Origin: an uncultured Gaiellales bacterium
GTDB taxonomy: Bacteria; Actinomycetota; Thermoleophilia; RBG-16-64-13
Length of the DNA: 51,786 nt
Direction of reading: 5' to 3'
NCBI GenBank assembly: GCA_964497095.1
Contig: CAZCCL010000002.1
Location: 10,492-62,277, forward strand
The position numbers and the translations under genes were made by a program. How positions within the stretch are numbered: the first letter of the stretch is position 1; each line of letters starts with the position of its first letter. Shown here piece by piece: positions 26,454-35,595 of this stretch. The notes beneath the pieces were generated by a model. It searched no databases. It saw only the letters and a list, made by a program, of their open reading frames with translations, and was not told where the DNA came from.

Positions 26454-28276
26454 ACCGGCGACCGCGGATCCGGCCGGGCGGCGCCCCGCGCGCCCGGGCC
26501 GGCGGCCGCCTGATCGTCGCTCCGCCCGGCCATGCTCGCCATCCGGTCGACAAAGGACCTGTAGGTCTCCATCATGGCGTCGAAAGGCCTGTCGAACTCG
26601 ATGGTCGTGAAATGCCCGGCCGGCCGGCGCCGTAGCAGATCGAGCGGCAGCAGCCCGTCCCAGGAGTAGGCCAGTTGCGGGAAGGCCCCGCGGCCCACCA
26701 CGCGGATCGCCGTCACTCCCCGAGCCCCACACTCAGTGGCGAAATCGAGGAAGCGCCGGGTCAAGCCCTCGCTGGGCCTGCCCACGGCGACGCTCAAGGA
26801 CTGCAGGGAGCAGGCGGGGAGTAGGCCGAGATATTCCGTGGGCACCTCCATGAGGTCGTCCACCGGGCGCACGATCACGACGCGGCCTTGGCAATCGTTG
26901 ACCAAAGCGGCGAAGACCCTCGGGCTCAGACCGCGTCCGTCGGGGACCCTCTCATCCAGAATCACCACGAAGCGGTCGTCATAGTCCGAAAGCACCTGCA
27001 GACCGGTGCTCACTCCGCCCAAGCTCTCCATGGCCTTGTAGCGGTCGAAGCTGTCGTGAAGCTGGCGGAGGGGCCAAGCGCCCCGGGGAAGCACCTCGGA
27101 AAGCCGGCGCAACTGAGCGACAAGACGTTCGGTGTACTCGAGCGGAGCGGTGTCACCGTGCATCCTTCTCTCGACGAAGTGGATGCGGGAGGAAAGACAG
27201 CCGTTCTGGTCCCAGAAGGCCGAGTCGAGGCCGGCCAGGAGAGCGACGGCGGAGACCAGACCGCCCTCCCCCGAGGAGCTCATGCTCTGGTGATCCAGCT
27301 CGAACATCTCCCGGCCGATGGCCGAGAAGCTGACTTTGTGCCCGTGAGGGTGGAAGCGGACACGGGGCCGGTCTGTCATATCGCCCGCCCGCGAGATCTG
27401 CTCCGCTATGCGGGCGATGGTGTCATCTCCCGCTGCCGCGATGACGAGGCCCGACCAGCCCAGGAGACGCCTCTGCAGGGCCGCGTCGTCGTAGTCCCAC
27501 ACCAAGACGGCCACAGTGGAGACGAGTTCCTCGTCGGCCTCTTGCAGAGCCTGAAGGATCAAGGGACTGAAGATGGGTTCACGTCTCGAGTTGCGCACCA
27601 AGACTACCGGCGGGGCTCCACCGGACAGGGTGGTCGCGAGGGCGAGGAGGATGATGATGAGGGCGGTCCCCGGCACGTTGCCGGCTCCGTAGCCTGTGAC
27701 GAACCGAGGTGCCTCCGGGGCGGCGAAGATCGGGAGCCGGGAGTACAGCGGCACTTGGCCCGAAACCCCGGCGATCCCGGGCGCACGGGAAGGAAAGAAA
27801 CGCAGACGTCCGGGTAATCCGGGCAGAGGCCGCCAACCCGCCGCCGCTGCCTTGGTGGGGTTCAGGGCCAATGCGAGGGCCATCTGCTCGAGGTCCCAGA
27901 TCTCCGGAGCGGCCATGACGGAGCCGATCATGGCCTCGGAGTATCCTGTGTATCCCGGGATCATTTCCAGCGCTCGGCGGGCGGGGTTCCTCGGGTCGGC
28001 CAATCTTTGGGCGACCGCTCCCATCGCCATTCTCAGTCGATCCCAGAACTCCGGTCCGCGGGGGGCCCGCTCGCGGGCCGCCTCTAGGCCTTCGAGCACG
28101 GTCGCCCAGTCGGCTTCGGTGAATCGCGGCCAGCGGGCCCTGACGGCACCGGGCGTCCCCTCTTCACACTCAGCACCGCACTCGCGTCCGCCCGCGAAAC
28201 ATGCCTCCTCCCAGGACCGCCGGCCGGCGATGACCGAGCGGCGGACGGCCTTGGGGAGCCAGAAGCCCTCGCTCAC
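26450..28276 (-). CDS. LuxC-like acyl-CoA/acyl-protein reductase
   Basis: GAGNVP, IAAAGDDTI, HGHKVSF and catalytic-Cys motif DQNGCLS; C-terminal WDG..PL; GTG start overlaps the LuxE-like stop (GTGA). Confidence 0.8.
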   Translation of the reverse strand: MSEGFWLPKAVRRSVIAGRRSWEEACFAGGRECGAECEEGTPGAVRARWPRFTEADWATVLEGLEAARERAPRGPEFWDRLRMAMGAVAQRLADPRNPARRALEMIPGYTGYSEAMIGSVMAAPEIWDLEQMALALALNPTKAAAAGWRPLPGLPGRLRFFPSRAPGIAGVSGQVPLYSRLPIFAAPEAPRFVTGYGAGNVPGTALIIILLALATTLSGGAPPVVLVRNSRREPIFSPLILQALQEADEELVSTVAVLVWDYDDAALQRRLLGWSGLVIAAAGDDTIARIAEQISRAGDMTDRPRVRFHPHGHKVSFSAIGREMFELDHQSMSSSGEGGLVSAVALLAGLDSAFWDQNGCLSSRIHFVERRMHGDTAPLEYTERLVAQLRRLSEVLPRGAWPLRQLHDSFDRYKAMESLGGVSTGLQVLSDYDDRFVVILDERVPDGRGLSPRVFAALVNDCQGRVVIVRPVDDLMEVPTEYLGLLPACSLQSLSVAVGRPSEGLTRRFLDFATECGARGVTAIRVVGRGAFPQLAYSWDGLLPLDLLRRRPAGHFTTIEFDRPFDAMMETYRSFVDRMASMAGRSDDQAAAGPGARGAARPDPRSPV

Positions 28277-29727
28277 ACCTGCGCGGCGCATCCTGCTTCT
28301 CCCAGAAGGTCCACGCGCTGGATGGAGTCTTTCTCGAGATAGGCGCCGGCGTCTCCGCAAGGGCAGAGCATGTCACCGCGCCCGATCACCAGGGTGACCC
28401 GGTCCGCCGTGCGGAAGAAGCCTGGGAACAGGTCGCCGCCTCCGAACGGGTCGAAGAACGCCAGGAGCCCGGTCGCCCGAGGGCCCGATCGGATCTCGCC
28501 GTCATCATCTAGGACGCAAGCGTGGACCCAGGGCGGGACGTGGTAGTTTCCGGCGGAACACTGCATCGCGGCCCAGTTGGCCTCGGCCATGCCGTAGACG
28601 TCTCTCAGGGGCAAGGGGCTTCCGTCCGCCGGGCGGAAAGCACGCTCCAAGTCCCGTCTGATCTCGTCGAGTGAGAACGCATAGGTCTCCTTCATGCCTC
28701 CACCCGTGCCGAGAAGGCTACCCGGAGCCAGGAGGACCGTGCGGTCGGCGCGCACCAACGCCAGGGCTACCCCGTGGAGTTGGGTGGGACTGCCGAACAG
28801 GAGCAGCTTTTCGCCGTCACGGGCGGCGCGGTCGAGTCGGCCGAGGGCTACTTTGACGGCGCGCGGATCGACGTAGCGGGCCTGGATGGTGTTGATGGCC
28901 GGATGCCAGACCCGCCTCTCCACGAACCCGCGCCGGCCGGTCCGGAACGCTCTTCCAGCTCGGATGCGGACCTGGTCGGGATGAGCGGGGAAAGGTATGG
29001 CGAAATGCACCCGGTCGGAGGTCAGTCCTACCCGTTGCACGCTGAACCGGGCCATGCGGGCCATGGCGATCCGGGTGCGTTTCGGCATCATGAAGATGGC
29101 CCGGTGGTCGGCCTTCATTCCCAGGTAGCGCTGGAAGGACAGATAGAAGCTCTCCACGTTCAGGTCTGTGCTTCTCCGATCTCGCGCGATGATGGTGGCC
29201 CGACCCGAGGTGCCGCTCGAGGTGAGCAGTTCCAATCCGAAATCGGAGAACAAGTCTTCGACGGCCTGCAGCAGGGTCTCGAGAGACCTGTAGCTCGAAC
29301 CGAGCCCGCGAAGGCGGTCACGAGGAAGGTCCACGGAGAGCTGGTCCACGAGCCACTCTCCGAAACTGCGAGGCTCGTCTTGGGGGAAGGGGGTGCCGAG
29401 CAGCTCGATGTACGACTTGAAGGTCTGGGCCGTCGGCCGTAGCAGCCGGGACAGATCTGATGGCGCCGCCCGGGGGCCCACGCCCCGGGCGGCCACCGCG
29501 TTGCGATAGGCGGTATTACGCGCGTAGTGGTGGGAATGCGTGACCAGGATGCCGTTCAGCACGGCTTGGTCGCGCTCGACTTCCGTCGCTTCCCAGAAAC
29601 CGGCCAGCGTATCTGCGTTGAGGGTGGCATGTGCCACGGCTTCCTGCGCTCCCTCGAACAGCGGGCGGGATCGGTGCCCGACCTTGGACGATAGGACCGA
29701 CATCATCGTACCGCGAGGCGGGCTCAT
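28273..29727 (-). CDS. LuxE-like acyl-protein synthetase
   Basis: TSSGTSG P-loop, TGGGMK, RDVYGMAE, YHVPPW, FRTAD, CPCG and a C-terminal EAGC acyl-acceptor-like Cys. Confidence 0.82.
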   Translation of the reverse strand: MSPPRGTMMSVLSSKVGHRSRPLFEGAQEAVAHATLNADTLAGFWEATEVERDQAVLNGILVTHSHHYARNTAYRNAVAARGVGPRAAPSDLSRLLRPTAQTFKSYIELLGTPFPQDEPRSFGEWLVDQLSVDLPRDRLRGLGSSYRSLETLLQAVEDLFSDFGLELLTSSGTSGRATIIARDRRSTDLNVESFYLSFQRYLGMKADHRAIFMMPKRTRIAMARMARFSVQRVGLTSDRVHFAIPFPAHPDQVRIRAGRAFRTGRRGFVERRVWHPAINTIQARYVDPRAVKVALGRLDRAARDGEKLLLFGSPTQLHGVALALVRADRTVLLAPGSLLGTGGGMKETYAFSLDEIRRDLERAFRPADGSPLPLRDVYGMAEANWAAMQCSAGNYHVPPWVHACVLDDDGEIRSGPRATGLLAFFDPFGGGDLFPGFFRTADRVTLVIGRGDMLCPCGDAGAYLEKDSIQRVDLLGEAGCAAQV

Positions 29728-29751
29728 GTTGCGGGCTCAGGACCGCCGGGC

Positions 29752-30222
29752 CTACCCGACGTTCTCCGTCTGTCCGCCGCGCCGGGGAATGGGAGGAAGA
29801 TCACGCCCCTCGAGAGCGATGATCGCATCCCGGTATTCGGTCCTGAGCGGGACCCGCTCTCCAGCCATGTAGTCGTAGGAGACGATCAGGGTGTCCCCTT
29901 CAGCGGCCACTCTCCCCAGTGCTCGACTGCGGACCTCGTACTCCATGAAGAAGCGGTCTTCTCCGAGTGCCGAGACCCGTGCTCCTATCGAGAGGGTGTC
30001 CGGATAGGTCACCGGCGCTCTGTAGCGACACCTGTTCTCCCCCAATATGAAACCGTACTCCCAGAGATCCAACCGGGGCGGGATCACCCCGATGCGCTCC
30101 AAGTAGGCGATACGGACGATCTCGAAGTATTCGAAATAGGCGGTGTTGTTGACGTGGCCCAGAGCGTCCATGTCGGCCCAGCGCACCACCACGTCGACGA
30201 ACACCGGGAAGGGGCTCGGCAT
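29752..30222 (-). CDS. Hotdog-fold acyl-CoA thioesterase (4HBT/YbgC/FadM type)
   Basis: VRWADMDALGHVNNTAYFEYFE..R and YRAPVTYPD motifs. Confidence 0.92.
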   Translation of the reverse strand: MPSPFPVFVDVVVRWADMDALGHVNNTAYFEYFEIVRIAYLERIGVIPPRLDLWEYGFILGENRCRYRAPVTYPDTLSIGARVSALGEDRFFMEYEVRSRALGRVAAEGDTLIVSYDYMAGERVPLRTEYRDAIIALEGRDLPPIPRRGGQTENVG

Positions 30223-30293
30223 GATCTCTCCTCGACGAGGACTCGGGGATTTCCTGGCCGCATTGTAACCCCGAGGCGCCCGGCCTGCCTGTT

Positions 30294-30313
30294 TGATGTC
30301 TAAATGATATCAT
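30294..30313. promoter_or_regulatory. Putative RHH operator (TGATRTCW boxes) upstream of the SPFH operon
   Basis: TGATGTCT (30294) and TGATATCA (30305) are 11 bp apart; perfect palindrome ATGATATCAT in an AT-rich island. Confidence 0.5.
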
Positions 30314-30397
30314 GACAATATTATGCGGGCGGGGCCCGGCACGTTCTCATGGGCGGCAGCGGACCTGCCCCACGCTGGGGCGGGACAAGGAGGACAC

Positions 30398-31423
30398 ATG
30401 GAAGAAGTGCAGTTGCCACTCAATCACGAGCGAGAAGCCAGAGCTATGAGCGGCTGGGGGATGCTCGTGGCGGTGATCGTGATCTTCGTCGTCGGCATCG
30501 CCCTGCTGGTGACTGCCGCCGTAAATGGAAACGGGCTGAGTACCGGGGAGATCTGGGCTCTGGTGGGTCCGGGCATCGCCCTTCTGATTCTCGGCTCTTT
30601 CCTCAGTCCCGGCTTCTTCACCCTCGAGCCCAACGAGACCCGGGTCTTGGTGCTGTTCGGTGCCTACAAGGGCACCGTGCGCCAGGGCGGGTTCCGATGG
30701 GCCAACCCCTTCTACTCGAACGGTCCCACGGTCAAGACCACAGCCGACGGCCGGGGCGGCGAGGGAGCCGGCGGCGCTTCTGCCGGCGCCGGCAAGAAGG
30801 GCCAGCCCTCGCGGGCGCCTAAGAAGTTCCCGCGCTACAAGATCTCGGTGCGGGCCCGCACCCTCAACGGTCCCAAGCTGAAGGTCAACGACCGCCGCGG
30901 CAACCCGGTGGAGATCGCCACGGTGGTGGTCTGGCGGGTCAAGGACACCGCTCAAGCGGTGTTCGATGTCGAGGACTTCGAGCTCTACGTGGAGACGCAG
31001 AGCGAGACCGCCCTCAGGCACCTGGCCAGCTCGTATGCGTACGACCATGGAGAAGAGCACGAGATCACCCTGCGTAGCAACGTGGACGAGGTGTCGCAGG
31101 CGCTCAAGGACGAGCTGGGGCGAAGACTCGCCCGCGCCGGGGTGGTGGTCGAGGAGGCCCGTCTTACCCATCTGGCCTACGCGCCCGAGATCGCCCAGGC
31201 CATGCTGCGCCGGCAACAGGCCGAAGCGATCATCGACGCCCGCCAGAAGATCGTGCACGGGGCGGTGAGCATGGTCGACATGGCCCTCCGCGAACTGGCC
31301 GAGAAGAGCGTGATAGACCTCGATGACGAGCGCAAGGCGGCCATGATCAGCAACCTGATGGTCGTACTGTGCGGCGAATCCGAGGTGCACCCCGTGGTGA
31401 ACGCCGGGACCCTGTACCAGTAG
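30398..31423 (+). CDS. SPFH/band-7 domain membrane protein
   Basis: Two N-terminal TMs, [42 protein letters not shown] and VVNAGTLY motifs; GGAGG RBS. Confidence 0.93.
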   Translation: MEEVQLPLNHEREARAMSGWGMLVAVIVIFVVGIALLVTAAVNGNGLSTGEIWALVGPGIALLILGSFLSPGFFTLEPNETRVLVLFGAYKGTVRQGGFRWANPFYSNGPTVKTTADGRGGEGAGGASAGAGKKGQPSRAPKKFPRYKISVRARTLNGPKLKVNDRRGNPVEIATVVVWRVKDTAQAVFDVEDFELYVETQSETALRHLASSYAYDHGEEHEITLRSNVDEVSQALKDELGRRLARAGVVVEEARLTHLAYAPEIAQAMLRRQQAEAIIDARQKIVHGAVSMVDMALRELAEKSVIDLDDERKAAMISNLMVVLCGESEVHPVVNAGTLYQ

Positions 31424-31510
31424 GCCTGAGGCGATGTCGATCGCGATCAGGTTTCTCGTGAGGGTGGAGCGGGCACAAAAAGGCGATCCAACCCGTCGGA
31501 GCGCGGGCTG

Positions 31511-31708
31511 ATGGCCGAGCGGAAGCAGTTCTTGCTGCGCATCGATCCCGGATTGTGGGCCGATCTGGAGTCTTGGGCCGCAGATGAGCTCCGCAGCGTC
31601 AACGGGCAGATCGAGTACGTACTCCGAGAAGCGGTGCGCGCGCGCAAAGGTAGCCACGAGAAAGGACCTGAGGATGAGAGACCCTCGGCTGGACAGGCTC
31701 GCCGATAA
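31511..31708 (+). CDS. Small Arc-like ribbon-helix-helix DNA-binding protein
   Basis: [28 protein letters not shown]; this small protein typically follows this SPFH subfamily. Confidence 0.85.
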   Translation: MAERKQFLLRIDPGLWADLESWAADELRSVNGQIEYVLREAVRARKGSHEKGPEDERPSAGQARR

Positions 31709-32780
31709 CCTGCTCGACTATTCACTCGAGCTGCGACCGGGCGAGAAGGTTGGCATCGATGGAGAGACCGGTGCCCGAGACCTGATGGTCGCCCTGGTCG
31801 AGGCGGCCTATCGGCGGGGCGCCGTGCCGTTCGTAGAGGTGGGCGATGCCAAACTGCGGCGGGCCTGGCTGCTGGGCGCCACGCGCGAGCAACTGGATCT
31901 CCGGGCATCGTGGGAGCTCAAGAAGTTCAAGGACCTCGACGCCAGTCTGTACATCCTCGCGGGTGACAACGCCTCGGAGTTGGCCGATGTGCCTCCGGGA
32001 GTCCTGGAGGCCTCTCGGTTGGCCAACGAACCGCTCATGGAGGTGGTCCTAGCCAAAAAGTGGTGTCTGCTCCGATTCCCCACGCCCGCGGCCGCCCAGG
32101 CGGCGGGGATGTCCACCGAAGCTTTCGAGGATTTCTGCCTGGACGTCTCCAGCCTCGACTACGCCCGCATGGACCAAGCCATGGACCCCTTGGTAGACCT
32201 GATGGAGCGCACGGATAGGGTGCGGATCGTCGCGCCCGAGACCGAGCTTTCCTTCTCGATCAAGGGTGTCCCGGTCATCAAGGCGGCCGGTAAGAACAAC
32301 ATCCCCGACGGAGAGGTGTTCACGGCCCCGGTGCGGGACTCGGTGGAGGGCGTCATCTTCTTCAACACCCCGTCTCTCGAGGACGGTACGACCTACGAGC
32401 GAGTACGCTTGACCTTCGAGGAGGGGCTGGTCGTGGAAGCCGATTGCGGCGAACCGGAGAAGATCCGGCAGGTCCTCGACACCGATGCAGGCGCTCGGTA
32501 CGTGGGCGAGTTCGCCCTCGGCGTGAATCCACGCATCGACCGTCCCATGAAGGACACGCTCTACGATGAGAAGATCGGCGGCAGCCTGCATATCGCTCTG
32601 GGACGAGCCTACGAAGAGGCCGACAACGGAAACCGCTCGAGCGTCCATTGGGACCTCGTACTGATACAGACGCGCCAGTGGGGCGGAGGCCAGATCTACT
32701 TCGATGACGTTCTGATCCGCCGGGACGGTCGCTTCGTGCTCCCGGAACTGCAGGGGCTCAACCCCGAGAACCTCGTCTGA
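31674..32780 (+). CDS. M29-family aminopeptidase (AmpS/PepS-like)
   Basis: MRDPR start, [27 protein letters not shown] and SSVHWD motifs. Confidence 0.93.
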   Translation: MRDPRLDRLADNLLDYSLELRPGEKVGIDGETGARDLMVALVEAAYRRGAVPFVEVGDAKLRRAWLLGATREQLDLRASWELKKFKDLDASLYILAGDNASELADVPPGVLEASRLANEPLMEVVLAKKWCLLRFPTPAAAQAAGMSTEAFEDFCLDVSSLDYARMDQAMDPLVDLMERTDRVRIVAPETELSFSIKGVPVIKAAGKNNIPDGEVFTAPVRDSVEGVIFFNTPSLEDGTTYERVRLTFEEGLVVEADCGEPEKIRQVLDTDAGARYVGEFALGVNPRIDRPMKDTLYDEKIGGSLHIALGRAYEEADNGNRSSVHWDLVLIQTRQWGGGQIYFDDVLIRRDGRFVLPELQGLNPENLV

Positions 32781-32830
32781 ACGTTCCCACCGGGGAGAAG
32801 GCGGACGCCTCGAGCAGGGGAAGGAGAAAG

Positions 32831-33274
32831 CTGGAGCGCTACGATGCGATCATAATCGGTAGCGGTCAGGCCGGTGTTCCCCTTGCCCGTGATCTCGCCG
32901 AGGCCGGTTTTAAGACCGCCCTGATCGAAGGTACACGTCGGCGGTATCTGCCACAACGAGGGCTGTACTCCCACCAAGACGATGGGGGCCAGCGCCCGAG
33001 TGGCCTATCCGGCACGAAGGGCCGGCGATTACGGGATCACCGCCGGTCCGGTCACCGTCGACATGCACGCTCTAAGCTCCCCGGGTCTTCGTAAACACCG
33101 GAGCCCGACCGGGCGCATCCTTGGGGCCGCCGTGTTGGGCGTCAACGGAGGGGGCTGGCGGCGCTCATCGAGGTGGCCATGCTGGGTGTTCTCACCGCCG
33201 GCGAGCTACACGATGCAGTCTTCGCCCACCCGACCCTAGCCGAATCCTTGAAGAATCTCTTCGCAGCCAACTAA
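32831..33274 (+). pseudogene. Pseudogene of a mercuric-reductase-like pyridine nucleotide-disulfide oxidoreductase
   Basis: [15 protein letters not shown] motif, a frameshift, [13 protein letters not shown] redox motif, a large internal deletion, then ILGAAVLG, a frameshift, and FAHPTLAE...LF; RBS AAGGAG retained but no normal start codon. Confidence 0.88.
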
Positions 33275-34647
33275 GTCATCTTAGGGCGTCTTGGGGGCGC
33301 GGGAGCGGACGGTTGTCCGCCTTCCGTGCCCTGCTCTCTGACCGTCTCGTCCGATCCCTCCGATCCCGGAGTAGGCAGTTGGTCGGATGCCTTTCCCGCC
33401 CGCCGATAGAGTGGCACGGAGACGAGGTATATCACTCCGCCCACGGTATAGGCGACCGCCTTTGAGGCGACCTGGGCCCCGTAGCCCAGCCCGACTTGCC
33501 CGACCACGGCACCTATGTCGGAGAAGAAGGAGTCGAAGGACAAGACAGTGGCCCGCTGGGCGGAAGGGATGTATTCGTTGATGTAGGCCTGCCTTACGGG
33601 CCTCAGTATGCCGTCCAGCAGACCGAACCCCGCCAGGAACACCACCATCAACACGAAAGCCGCGATGCTTGCCCCGCCGGATATCAAGCCGGTGACGCCC
33701 AGACCGATAGCGCCCAGTGCCATGCCCGCCGACGTCCAAACGAGCACGGTGGCTGATCGGCTTCCAAGTCTGGAACTGGTGATGCGCCCCACCATGGTGT
33801 TGCCGGCGACCCCGGACAGTGCAAAGAGCCCCGTGATGGCTCCGGCCACCCAGACAAGGTTCTCCCTCCCCAGTAGCTCCAGAGCATACGGCTGCGAAGC
33901 GTAGAACAAGTACCAGGTAAGAAGCCCGCTAACCGAAGATGTGAAGAGAAGCGGTCTGACCACTGGGTGACGCCAGCCGTAAGTGATGCCTGCCTGAAAT
34001 ATCTTGCGGCTTTCATCGCCGAAGCGCGAGATCTTGAGCGGCCGCGGAGTGAACCCTATGTCGCGCATGAAGACCAAGGTGATCGCAAACGCAAACACCA
34101 GTAGTCCCGTGCGGACCAGGTAGGGGAAGGCCAGATTGACTTGACCGAGGAAGCCACCTCCCAAGGTGCCGATCAGCATGGCTACGCCTATAAAGATGCC
34201 GCTACGGGCGAACACCCGGTCCTTCTTGCCCACGTACCCGGTCGCATCGAGGGCGTCCACCATCCAGGCATCGACCGCGCCTGTCTGGCAGGTGAAGCCG
34301 AACCCTAACAGGATCGAGAACAGGATGAATCCGGCAAGTCCCCAGTCGAACACGGAAGAGCCCACGTAGCCGAGGGTTGCGACGGCGAGTGCCGCGATCC
34401 CGATGAGGAACGACGCCCTGCGGCCGATGGTGTCGGCGATGACCCCAGTGGGCACCTCGAACACTATCTGGCCCGCGCTGAAGGTCGCGTTGACCACCAT
34501 CACCGTGAATATGTTGAGGCCCGCGTCGAGCAGGAACAGGGTGTTGACGCCCCATATGATCGAGGCGGAGAGGGTGAAGAGAGCGTTCAAGGTGTAGTAC
34601 GTACGCTCGATGCGAACGGGGGTTATCTCAACTGCGGGAGGATTCAT
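33271..34647 (-). CDS. MFS transporter
   Basis: FEVPTGVIADTIGRR, TGAVDAW and IPSAQRATVLSF motifs; about 12 TM. Confidence 0.9.
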   Translation of the reverse strand: MNPPAVEITPVRIERTYYTLNALFTLSASIIWGVNTLFLLDAGLNIFTVMVVNATFSAGQIVFEVPTGVIADTIGRRASFLIGIAALAVATLGYVGSSVFDWGLAGFILFSILLGFGFTCQTGAVDAWMVDALDATGYVGKKDRVFARSGIFIGVAMLIGTLGGGFLGQVNLAFPYLVRTGLLVFAFAITLVFMRDIGFTPRPLKISRFGDESRKIFQAGITYGWRHPVVRPLLFTSSVSGLLTWYLFYASQPYALELLGRENLVWVAGAITGLFALSGVAGNTMVGRITSSRLGSRSATVLVWTSAGMALGAIGLGVTGLISGGASIAAFVLMVVFLAGFGLLDGILRPVRQAYINEYIPSAQRATVLSFDSFFSDIGAVVGQVGLGYGAQVASKAVAYTVGGVIYLVSVPLYRRAGKASDQLPTPGSEGSDETVREQGTEGGQPSAPAPPRRPKMT

Positions 34648-34650
34648 CTA

Positions 34651-35595
34651 TCACCGGTATCTGATGCGCGGGTTGAGGAGTGCATAGATGATATCGGCGG
34701 CCAGATTTGCCAGCGCAAAGATGGCCACTATCAGCATGGTGGTCGATTGGATCAGTGGCAGATCGCGTCGCTGTACGGCATAGAGCACCAGCCGTCCCAA
34801 CCCTGGATAGCTGAAGACCGATTCGGTGATTATCAGCCCGCCCATGAGCCATCCGACCCCGGCCGCTATGACGGTAACCGTAGGTAGGAGCGAATTCCGC
34901 AGCACGTGTTCGAACAGCACCCGGCTGGTCGACAGTCCCTTCAAGCGGGCGGTGCGCACGTAGTCGCTCTGGAGCACCTCGACCGTTCCCGAACGGGTCA
35001 TGCGGACAACGTACGCGAGGCTGGCGAGCGACACGGTCATCGCGGGCAGGATGAGACTGGGCAGGGCACTGAAGAACGAAGCGTCGGGCGGGATCGCCGA
35101 CGAGGAAGGGAACCAACCCAAAGCACGGGAGAAGATCGCCACGACCAGTATGGCGGTGACGAACTCGGGAAGGCCGACGAAGGCCAGCGACCCCGCCGAG
35201 ATGACTTGGTCGAGCGCAGAGTTCCTTCGCCATGACGCCACCACTCCCAGGAATATGCCAAGGGGGACATACATGAGGAAGGCTACGAGCGCCAACATGG
35301 CGGAATTGCGCAGTCTCTCCAAGGTGATGGCACGCACTTCTTGCTGTGTGCTTATAGAGGTTCCCCAGTCTCCTTGGACCAGATCGCCCAGCCAGTTCCC
35401 ATATTGGACTATCAGCGGCTGATCGAGTCCCAGTTCCTGTCTCAGGGCATCCCTTGCTTCCTCGGAGGCCTCTCGACCGAGCACCATTGTGGTGACGTCG
35501 CCGGGGAGCACGTGAGTGGCCGCGAACACGAGCATGCTGGAAAGAAGGAGAGTCAATACGACAAAACCGAGGCGCCGAAGAACGAAGCGGGTCAT
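34651..35595 (-). CDS. Peptide/nickel ABC permease (DppB/OppB-like)
   Basis: LPGD, LGLDQPL..QY, DYVRTARLKG EAA loop, ITESVFSYPGLG, NPRI. Confidence 0.93.
   Translation of the reverse strand: MTRFVLRRLGFVVLTLLLSSMLVFAATHVLPGDVTTMVLGREASEEARDALRQELGLDQPLIVQYGNWLGDLVQGDWGTSISTQQEVRAITLERLRNSAMLALVAFLMYVPLGIFLGVVASWRRNSALDQVISAGSLAFVGLPEFVTAILVVAIFSRALGWFPSSSAIPPDASFFSALPSLILPAMTVSLASLAYVVRMTRSGTVEVLQSDYVRTARLKGLSTSRVLFEHVLRNSLLPTVTVIAAGVGWLMGGLIITESVFSYPGLGRLVLYAVQRRDLPLIQSTTMLIVAIFALANLAADIIYALLNPRIRYR

Noticed and set aside
26450-29727. Bioluminescence (lux) operon
   Set aside because: No luciferase luxA/luxB, luxD or luxG in the window; only the reductase and synthetase homologs are present.
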